IMG/VR virus record: IMGVR_UViG_3300024261_000008
Span: 62,001-126,000 of that record
Length of the DNA stretch: 64,000 nt
Direction: 5' to 3' (one strand)
Source of the DNA: an uncultured virus (IMG/VR IMGVR_UViG_3300024261_000008)
Lineage: Duplodnaviria > Heunggongvirae > Uroviricota > Caudoviricetes
Each line of letters starts with the position of its first letter. The first letter of the stretch is position 1. The notes under the pieces are model-generated. The model saw only the letters and a program-made list of their open reading frames with translations, did no database searches and was not told the DNA's origin. Shown piece by piece: positions 9,149 to 18,500 of the stretch. The translations under genes were made by a program, and so were the position numbers.

Positions 9149-12100
9149 ATGGCAGATGAATTTACAACAGGTAATTTATACTTAGGTTCTGGTACAAGTG
9201 TATCGGATACAGAATTTGATATAAGGCTCTCTACCGAAGAAGGTATTTCTACATTATTTAATGCTAGTGGCAACGATATAGATTTTCGTGTAAATGCATC
9301 GGGTAGAGTAGGTATACACGTAGATGCAGACACAGGACGAGTTGGTATAGGTACTGGACAAAATATTGGGGCAGCACTTCATGTAGTAAGTCAATGTCCT
9401 AATGATGGATTAAGAGTAGAGACCAGAACAGATTGTCCTACTGGTGTTCAGATAGAATTTATTCACCGTCCAATGACCGCACCTGAGAACAACTCCATTC
9501 CTGTACAAATTAATCTTGCTGGTAGAAATGACAATTCAGAAGACGTAAATTATGCTAGAATTATCAGTAAGGCTCTAAACACTAGCAATGGTAGCGAAGT
9601 AGGCGAACTTATTTTTACTGTGGCTTCAGGAGATACTGACTTTCCTGCACTGGTTCTTAATCCTTTTACTAGTTCCATCGGAACAGACAATTTAAATTCT
9701 GGCAACAACTACTTATTTATAGGCAATAATAATTATGTTTCTGGAGATAACTTTGTTGTAATTGGGAATAACAATACGGGAGTAATAACAAACGGTATTT
9801 TAATAGGTATTGATAACTCTGTTTCTGGGGAAAGAGTACTTATTGTCGCAGATAATACTGTAGTTTCTGGAGATCAGAACATTGTCTTCGCTTTAGATAG
9901 CGAAATTTATGGTGACTCTAATCTAGTTATGACAGAAAATGTACTTTCTACTGGTGATCAGAATATAGTTCTTGGTCACAGCTACAATACAACTGGAGAT
10001 TTTAATATTCTTTTATTGAATGATTCAGATCAAGTTGGCAGTAGTGGTGTTGGTTTTGGTAACCAAGTATCTAATTCTGGACAACGAAATGTTTACGTAG
10101 GTAACTTTAACACACTACAAGGAGACGATTGTGTTGTTATTGGTTCAGAAGTAGAAGTTACTGGCAACAACAATATCCTTTACGGTTCTACTTCCTCACT
10201 TAGTGGAACAAGCATTATATCTATTGGTGCAGGAAATGACGTTCTTGATATTAATAGTGGTGTGTTCATTGGTTCTAATATTGACTTAGTGGATGGTGAG
10301 AAATCAGTCATTGTAGGACTTGGCAACATAACTCAAAATGGTTTAACTGATAGTATTATTATAGGTATTGAGAATACGACCACTAATGGCAGTCCTACTG
10401 GTGTTATAGTTATCGGTCAAGACAATAAGGTTTCTGTAGTTAAAAATACTACAATAATCGGTAACTCTAATGAGGCTAGCGGAACAGTCCTAAATAATGT
10501 AGTTTACGGAACTCTTAATTCAACTCCGTTAGACAGTCGCAACAATGTAATCGTTGGTGTTATGAATAACACTAGTGGTAATATTCTTAGCGATGGCACT
10601 GTAGACCCCAGTGGTCGTTTACCAGACAGTACTATGGTTAATAGCATTACTTATGGTGTGAATAATATCGTAAGTGAAATTAGCGGAACTAATATAGTAG
10701 GTAGTAAAACCTATGCTTCTGGTCAGAATATTAACACTCACGGTTCTTTGAATCAGATCAAACAATCTAATGATGCTCAGATAATTGGACACTCCAATTT
10801 TATGGTTGGAGACAACAATACTATCGTAGGCAGCTATAATGATATAGTCGGCAATAATTCCGTGCTGGTATCTACATCGTCGCAGCGTCAATACGCCTTT
10901 GGCGATTCTAATATTTCTGTAGGTAACAGTGAGGCAGTTATTAGCGGTATGACTATAGGTTTTGGTAATGATCTAGATGCCGTTAATGGCGTTATCTATG
11001 GTAGCGGCAACCAAATAGGATTGCGTAGACATATGTTTACCCTAGATAATGATGGTGCAGATGTTATTCTGGCTGTCAGGGGTGATCAAAGAGGAATTTA
11101 TCTGCCGGGAAGTAAAATTATGTTGGCTGTACTTAACCCCGCCAACAAAGATGCTCCTATCGTGCTTAAAAGCATGAACGGGGTCAGCTATACTCCTAAT
11201 GATGACACAACAAACATCACAATCAATAGTCCTATCATTACGCCCACAGACGCCCCAAACTACGCGGTCAATGCATTCTTTGATGACCCCACCTATAACA
11301 CTGGAGACAGGAGTGTAATTTCAGGCTGGATTATGCCTTACCAATCTGGCAACAGCACAGACCTTATCAACAATCCTTTATTCGGTTTTGGCTCCATAGT
11401 GCTTGGAACTAATAATACTTCAATGCACGCTCAAGGTATCGTTATAGGTCAAGGCAATGCCATATCAGGCACTAATCATGTGGCTATTGGTCAGAACCTA
11501 GAAGGCTTTTATAACAACGCTGTTCAGATAGGCAGCACCAACCTGAATAAACTTTACTTTGATAATTCAGAGATAGTATTTAACACAGGTGGACAACAAG
11601 ACAGAGCAGTATTTAATACTAGTATATCTACCGTAGATGACGACCCTGTATCTATGGTTGTTGAGTACAACAACAATAGAGTAGGTATCAATAACGGCGA
11701 CCCATCTAGCGAACTTGATGTTTCGGGTATTATTACTTCAAACGGTATCAAACTCTATGGAGAAAATTCTAACATCAGCGGTTGGATTCCTGTAAATACC
11801 GGAGATGGAACTGTCACATGGCAGGAGCCTACTACTTTATCTGGTATCAATAGCGGTATACTTATGAAGCATAGTGATACTGTAGCAACAGGATTATATA
11901 ATGTATCATTCAATACTTCTACTCAATCACTTGAATATAATCGTAGTGACACCATTAGAAATAATGAGTTCTTGTTTATTCCTAACCAAGACCAACTGTC
12001 TAACGCTGTTAGATTTTCAACAACTGGTATGTTTCTGAATGAAGACGGAACAAACAATATCAGAGACTATGGATATAGATTCTGCGTTTATGGTTCAGGG

Positions 12101-13744
12101 ACTACAGACTCTAGTAACAATAGAGATGGCACAATTAATGTTTATCTATTAAATACTATTAAAGAACGTAATGAAGTACAGATGACCAACTTTACTGGTG
12201 TTAGTGGAGCAATGAGAAACCTATGGGCAGATACCAGTATCAATGCTCCGGGTTCACTTACTGGTACGTTCTTATATGTAGACAATACAGACGATAACGC
12301 TTTACTGTCTAAGACAGTTCCGACTTTCTCTACTCTTTTTGCTATGCAAACGCACTGGCAGTCTGGTGATAGAGGCTTCAGATACTACCCTGAAGATTAT
12401 GGTTATGTAGTAACTATCGGTTCTTCAGGAGGTGTTACTCAAGGTTTAGAAACCGGCTACGGAGATCAGTATAAATCTCCTAATGTTGTGCTTTCTAATT
12501 CAACAGCATATGGTTCAACTTTTAATGCTGCTGGCATTTCACCTCATCCGTTTAGAGTAATTCAGTCTGGTCAACAAACAAATAATATTGGTATGCAGTA
12601 TAGTTGTGCAAGTGGCATTTTGGGTCTTGGTGTTGGAGATGACACTCAGACAACTCTTGAAGGAACCACAATTAATCAGCAAGTAAAATGGGATGCCGCA
12701 ACTTATGGTAATGCTAGGCTTATTGTAAACGGCAAGATAAGAACTTGTGGTTTGCAAATGACTACAACCGATGGCAGAATGGTTGGCACTAATGGAAATG
12801 GTAAGTATTTAAAAGTCAGCGACATAAATGGAAACATAGAACTAGCTGACGTTGTTGTTACTCAAGAGTTCTTAGCCGATTGGCCCTTGGCTGCCAACAC
12901 ATTAAGTGATGGATCAAGAACGACTTATAAGATTGACACAGCAGGCACATCTAGTAGTATCTGGGGAGACAGTACTTTACCAGTAGAAGCAGCAGGTATT
13001 GGCTTGCACTGGAACGGTGCTGTTTGGGTACAAGGCTACAGTCACAGATTTGGTCAGCCACCTGCTAGTAATCTATCAGACACATATGCTGCTACTGGCG
13101 TAGCACTTGGTCCAGAGGCAACTTACTTGAATACTAGACATCAGCACACTATCGCTGGTCAACCTATAGCTCCTCGCACCACTGTTCAAAGTAATGAGAA
13201 CTGGAATGGTTCTGCACAAGAGACTTTGGTTCAGATGAAGGCTAGGACTATAAACAATGTTACAACAGAGTTGACAACTGATTTCAATAAAGAAAACGGT
13301 GGACCTTCTGCTACGATAGATAATACTATTGCGTTAGTAATTAACGAAAAAGTTACTAGTGAAAACAATAAGAATGCAGTCTGGAGAGTAGAAATATCAT
13401 GGACTGCCCTAGTGCAAGATGTTAGTTCCGCACTGTTTGAAGGAGCAAGTGGTAGATATAGCTTTGGAGTACTTAGTACAAAGCCGGGAGCAACCAGACA
13501 GAATATTATATTCGATGATGCTGATGCATATTCTGTTGGAGAAAGTGCGGGTGGTAATATGTGGAGCAGTAGCAATCCTATTACTGCTGCTTTTGCCACG
13601 CAAGGTACAGACAGATTAACATTAACTTGTCAAGGTGTTAGTGGTAAAAATATATTATGGTCTGCTCATGTAAGGTGTATACAACAACATCTACCAACTG
13701 ATAGCCAAGGCAACGCTGTTAGTGTTGCTGGCAATGGTGTTTAG
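9149..13744 (+). CDS. Tail fibre / adhesin-like protein with 14-residue beta-roll repeats
   Basis: ATG at 9149 follows AGGAG (9137-9141). 14-aa periodic repeats (SGNNYLFIGNNNYV, SGDNFVVIGNNNTG, ...) resemble YadA-head beta-rolls. GRVGIGT and NRVGINN...LDVSG motifs are common in phage fibres. Confidence 0.7.
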   Translation: MADEFTTGNLYLGSGTSVSDTEFDIRLSTEEGISTLFNASGNDIDFRVNASGRVGIHVDADTGRVGIGTGQNIGAALHVVSQCPNDGLRVETRTDCPTGVQIEFIHRPMTAPENNSIPVQINLAGRNDNSEDVNYARIISKALNTSNGSEVGELIFTVASGDTDFPALVLNPFTSSIGTDNLNSGNNYLFIGNNNYVSGDNFVVIGNNNTGVITNGILIGIDNSVSGERVLIVADNTVVSGDQNIVFALDSEIYGDSNLVMTENVLSTGDQNIVLGHSYNTTGDFNILLLNDSDQVGSSGVGFGNQVSNSGQRNVYVGNFNTLQGDDCVVIGSEVEVTGNNNILYGSTSSLSGTSIISIGAGNDVLDINSGVFIGSNIDLVDGEKSVIVGLGNITQNGLTDSIIIGIENTTTNGSPTGVIVIGQDNKVSVVKNTTIIGNSNEASGTVLNNVVYGTLNSTPLDSRNNVIVGVMNNTSGNILSDGTVDPSGRLPDSTMVNSITYGVNNIVSEISGTNIVGSKTYASGQNINTHGSLNQIKQSNDAQIIGHSNFMVGDNNTIVGSYNDIVGNNSVLVSTSSQRQYAFGDSNISVGNSEAVISGMTIGFGNDLDAVNGVIYGSGNQIGLRRHMFTLDNDGADVILAVRGDQRGIYLPGSKIMLAVLNPANKDAPIVLKSMNGVSYTPNDDTTNITINSPIITPTDAPNYAVNAFFDDPTYNTGDRSVISGWIMPYQSGNSTDLINNPLFGFGSIVLGTNNTSMHAQGIVIGQGNAISGTNHVAIGQNLEGFYNNAVQIGSTNLNKLYFDNSEIVFNTGGQQDRAVFNTSISTVDDDPVSMVVEYNNNRVGINNGDPSSELDVSGIITSNGIKLYGENSNISGWIPVNTGDGTVTWQEPTTLSGINSGILMKHSDTVATGLYNVSFNTSTQSLEYNRSDTIRNNEFLFIPNQDQLSNAVRFSTTGMFLNEDGTNNIRDYGYRFCVYGSGTTDSSNNRDGTINVYLLNTIKERNEVQMTNFTGVSGAMRNLWADTSINAPGSLTGTFLYVDNTDDNALLSKTVPTFSTLFAMQTHWQSGDRGFRYYPEDYGYVVTIGSSGGVTQGLETGYGDQYKSPNVVLSNSTAYGSTFNAAGISPHPFRVIQSGQQTNNIGMQYSCASGILGLGVGDDTQTTLEGTTINQQVKWDAATYGNARLIVNGKIRTCGLQMTTTDGRMVGTNGNGKYLKVSDINGNIELADVVVTQEFLADWPLAANTLSDGSRTTYKIDTAGTSSSIWGDSTLPVEAAGIGLHWNGAVWVQGYSHRFGQPPASNLSDTYAATGVALGPEATYLNTRHQHTIAGQPIAPRTTVQSNENWNGSAQETLVQMKARTINNVTTELTTDFNKENGGPSATIDNTIALVINEKVTSENNKNAVWRVEISWTALVQDVSSALFEGASGRYSFGVLSTKPGATRQNIIFDDADAYSVGESAGGNMWSSSNPITAAFATQGTDRLTLTCQGVSGKNILWSAHVRCIQQHLPTDSQGNAVSVAGNGV

Positions 13745-13767
13745 GACTTATAGGAAAGGATTTTTAA

Positions 13768-15549
13768 ATGGCAAACAGAAATGGGCCAGCAATAACTTAT
13801 GGTGACTTTGAATTTGATCCTATACGAGGATTTCCTGTACCACAAATTAGTTTAAATACGACTGCCAATAGATCATCAGCAGGTCTTCCATTCAATTATC
13901 AAACAGATGTAACCCTTAATGGTCTTATCTACGGTTTTACTGGTTATAATAATGATTGTGAAAGTCCAAGTCAGCTAGATCAAAATACAGGCTTTGGTTT
14001 TCTTGTAGACCAAGCTAAAGAACTACAAGCGGCTTTTCTTGCAGATAATCAGGAACTTCTAGTATCTTGTGCGTTTGACGGAGGAGGACAAGAGACTGTT
14101 TTGCTCAGTGGAGGAGGATCAGACCAAATTTTACAAGTCACTAGCATTCAGTTCAATGAATCACAAGACTTATGGGCGATAACTGTTCCTTATACTATCA
14201 CCTTACAGATTATTAGTCGATCAGACATTACTGGTAGCGGATCGGGATATCCACCTGATGGTAATGGATTTTTAGTTTCTAGCATTACTGACTCCTTGAC
14301 TATCACCCCAGATACTGACAAAAGCTATTACGTGGCTAATGATTCTTATCCAACACCTAATCCACAATCAGTAAGCAATAATTTCAATCAGACTATAATA
14401 AACGGAGACTTTAATAATGATGCCACTCCTTATTACAACGCATCTATATTCCCTACTTATACTGTAACAAGAAGCCTTTCAGCTAACGGCTTGTCAAACG
14501 GAACAGGCATTGGCGACTCAATTAAGAATGCAAAAGAATGGTGTTTATGGCAGGCTACGTACCAACCTATTGAGTCCTTAACTTCCGACTTAAATCTGTA
14601 TAATTTTGTGAGGACTATAAATGCTGACGCTACTGCTGGCAGTTATTCTATCAGTGACACATACAAGGCAATTAAATCTGATGTTGATGGCAACCCTTGC
14701 GAAAAATTTCTAGAAACTTTTGAAATTTCTCAAGACACAAGAAACGACGGCACAAAAAGTGTCACTATACAAGGAACAATAGAAGGACTAGAGGTTACAA
14801 TACCTTTAATGGATTGCAACACACAGAATCCTGCCAACCCAATCTCTGATCCATCTACTGATCCTGCATTTTCTGGTTCTAATACCGGAGTATTATATCC
14901 CACCCATAGTGGAACTGAGCAAGGTGCAAAAAACACTAAGTACAACAATGCTTTAAGCGGCTGGATTGAAATTCAACCTACATTATATAGTCGTTGTATG
15001 ACGATAAACCCCGATCTCAATACCAGCGAAACTCCTTCTTTTGCAAGTTCATCTTCTCCGTATTGGTTAAATCCAACTCCAATGAGTCAAAGAGAAGGCT
15101 TTAGTCCAGCAAAAGGAACTATAAGCTATAATGCCAGCTTCGACAACAGGCCTTTGTCTTTAGTTCCAGAAGCCAACGGAGAAAGATTAGATGTAAGCGA
15201 TAATTTTTCTGTTAGGTCTACAGCTAATATTTTTGTCATAGGAAGAAGATTGGGTCCGATTAAACAAGACTTGGGGTCATATACGCAACCTTCTAGAAGA
15301 GTAAGCTATAGTGCTAGATTTCCAAAGCCTATATCAATGGAAGGATATGCTTTCCCTCCGAATGTGATTTCTAATATATACAATGCCCTAAGTCAATTTG
15401 ATCCAAATCGATTCAATGCGATTAATGGAGAAACATATGTAAGCGTTTTAAAAAGTGATAGTTTTCAATACAGCCCTATAGATGCAAGCGTGAGTGTTAC
15501 ACTTGAATGGGAATATAATAAGTGCGGAACGCCGCCTTCACCGGGATAA
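13768..15549 (+). CDS. Probable tail structural protein (593 aa)
   Basis: AGGAAAGGA upstream; Ser/Thr/Asn-rich, beta-strand-like; located in the tail module. No recognised family. Confidence 0.5.
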   Translation: MANRNGPAITYGDFEFDPIRGFPVPQISLNTTANRSSAGLPFNYQTDVTLNGLIYGFTGYNNDCESPSQLDQNTGFGFLVDQAKELQAAFLADNQELLVSCAFDGGGQETVLLSGGGSDQILQVTSIQFNESQDLWAITVPYTITLQIISRSDITGSGSGYPPDGNGFLVSSITDSLTITPDTDKSYYVANDSYPTPNPQSVSNNFNQTIINGDFNNDATPYYNASIFPTYTVTRSLSANGLSNGTGIGDSIKNAKEWCLWQATYQPIESLTSDLNLYNFVRTINADATAGSYSISDTYKAIKSDVDGNPCEKFLETFEISQDTRNDGTKSVTIQGTIEGLEVTIPLMDCNTQNPANPISDPSTDPAFSGSNTGVLYPTHSGTEQGAKNTKYNNALSGWIEIQPTLYSRCMTINPDLNTSETPSFASSSSPYWLNPTPMSQREGFSPAKGTISYNASFDNRPLSLVPEANGERLDVSDNFSVRSTANIFVIGRRLGPIKQDLGSYTQPSRRVSYSARFPKPISMEGYAFPPNVISNIYNALSQFDPNRFNAINGETYVSVLKSDSFQYSPIDASVSVTLEWEYNKCGTPPSPG

Positions 15550-15563
15550 GAAAGGAATAGGAA

Positions 15564-18500
15564 ATGGCAATAGCATGTGGGGAATTTAGTAAATCCCAAG
15601 CGGGTCCATATAACCAACATTTAGTATTAGGTGCAAGCCTTACATCAATGACTCTCAACGCAGGTTGGGGTTCTACTTCTAGTAGCTGTAGCTTAGGCTT
15701 AGTTTATGATGGATGTTCTCATTGGAGAGATCAGGCTGCATACGGCACTTTTAATACGTCAAGAGATTCTGTTCTACAACAGCCAAACAACTATCAACCA
15801 AAAAATGCTCTTGATAAATCACCTCTTGGTACTAGAGTTTCATTTGGAGAAGATACTGCTCCAGTAGTAGCTGCTACAGGATTCACCAACGCTGACGACC
15901 CATACAATGGACTGACAAGAACTATAGGCCAAGCAGATCAGAATAAAGAAAACTATCAAAAACAGAATGACATAGACGACCTAGGAAAGGTAGTGTGGGC
16001 TCCACAACCCGGAGGCTTTCTGAGAAAAAACTGGCTTGGTCCTGATCCGGGGTTTATAGCAGATCAAACAAACGGTTTAAATGGTTTTGATGTAAATGGT
16101 ACTTGTGTTTTTGCTAAATTTGATGAATTGTTTTTTGGCGGCTTTATTAAATCATGGGATGGTAAAGCAGGAAGTGGAGGCTCTACATATAACGTATCTT
16201 TACAGAGTATGACTCCTATACTTAATGGTTTTAATATGATACTTAATGAGTATACTGGCAGCGTAGGAACTAGATACAATACAGGGAATGCATCTTTACC
16301 TATAGCTACTATTCCTAGTTCAAACTACATAGGAGATTACAATGGAACATATTTTGGAAGTGTTAGAGGAGGGAATCATCCTAATCTTGTAAACTTATAC
16401 GGTATAGCTACAGCATTTTATGGCTTTACTGCTTCTCGGTGGCGTAGTGACAGAGGTGTTGCTGCTTCCGATATTTATTTTCTAATTAGGTCATTGCTTG
16501 ATCCTACTAATACCTATATTCCTCATAGTGCTTGGTTTCCATATGGTGCTATTATTGGTAGAAGTTTGATAGACAGAACAACAGGACTAATGGTCAATAC
16601 AGCCGAAACAGCTTTTACCTATGGAGGTGTATCATTATCCTATAATGATTTAGGATGGATGCCAGCAAAGCTAGCAATAGACAATAGGTTTAGGCCTATG
16701 TTTGCTTTAGATTTAAGTAGTGTTCCAATGCCTCCCAATGATCTCATTATATCTGAACCAAACTTAACCTTAACTGGTTTCTTAGATTTGCTATCTAAAG
16801 GTGGCAATTATGACTATCAAATTGATTGTCTGCCTAGTTCCAACCCTTTATACAGTGCAGTAATCAAAGTCAACACGGTAGACAGAAGCAAAACCGCACC
16901 TATACACACTCTAAAAAACTCTCTACTGAATACTTCTGTTGTTGAAAATGTTAGCTATGGAGAAGAATTTAATCCAAATTCTGTGAGAAAAGTCATTATC
17001 GGTGGACCTCAACAAAGAGTGGTCCAGATGACTACCGCCAGTAAAAATGTATACCAAGAAACTAGAACATATGATCCTTACGCAGTTGAAGAGAGAACAA
17101 TAACTCCTCATGCTAAAAATTTAACTCAAAATCGTCAAGCAGGCATGAATGCTGCTACTATGCCTACAACAAACACTAGGTGGTATAAGAGTTTTATTTA
17201 CAACGGTGCGTTAGTAGCACAAAGTCAAACAACTACGCAGTTTTTTAGTGTTGACAGCAATGGTCTACAAGCAGTAAAAGCGTTCGGAAACTATGGTGGT
17301 CGAATAGCCGTGGCTATGCCAAATTATGATAGTGTTAAACATTCTTATCCTTTAAGTTCTGATCTTATAAGTCCTTATTATGGAATTGATTCTAGAGGCA
17401 TTACTAGACCTGTGTATTTTGATAAATACATGGGACATATACAGATACTTACCAGCATGAGTGATTGGAATTTATTTGCTAACTGCAATATTCCTAAAGG
17501 TCTTTTAACAAGTGTTCCTGAGAGTCCAGAAGAAGAAGACCCAAGTGCTCCTCCTGTAGTAACAGATGATTCTAATGATCCTCCTGTAATTCCTAATCCA
17601 AACGAAGACGCACCTAGACCTCTTCAATTTAGCCCTCTTTCTTCTTGGATTATTAGTGAAACTGACATACGAGCAGCTAAAAGTGGACTAGAACAGTTCG
17701 TAGCATACCTGTATAATGAATACGAAAACGGATTCAGAGGTTTTACTGCCGTGCTTTTTTACAATTATATTCAATATAATTTTGGAACAAAGAATGCTGA
17801 TAAGTTATTGTCTGGTCAAGAGAACCGAGACAAAATGTTTAATACACAGCTTACTGATCTTGGAGACCTTAATAATGCTAAACTAGATCACACTTTAACT
17901 AATGCAACTAAAGGTACAACAGGCAGCTTAAGCGACTATAGAATCAAGATAGAAATAGAGGCTTTAAGAAAGTTTTTAGCAGAAGAAATTGGAAGCCATC
18001 ATGCAAAAGAATATGCCGTTCGTTTGCCTGAAGTTTATTCATATCTAGACAGAGAAAATAATGTTCAGTTTAGTTATGTTCCTGTAGACGCGGGGTGGGA
18101 AGAAGAAGGTTCTCCTCTTGATGACACTATGGTATTTGGAGGAACCTTTGCTAATTACCTAGCCAATGAGAATGGCACTATGCCTCCTATACTAGGTTTT
18201 AATGCTAGCTTAGAATATGATAGACAATCAAAAAAAATATCTGATGATGATGTAACGGCTATGCCTATAGAACCTTTAGACCCCTCTCCTCCACCAGCAG
18301 ACCCAGACGGACCTGATGATGATGGTGAAGAGGCTCCGATTCCACCACCGACTGAAGAAAACGGAGGAGGATCGGGAGGTTCTAATCTCCCTCCTGAAGC
18401 AGGTATTCCGGGTGATAGTAATAAAGCAGCAACCGGAGGAAACACTCTCACTGAAACACCTATGGACCTTGGTTCTAGTCCAATTAAAAGTGAAAACAGC

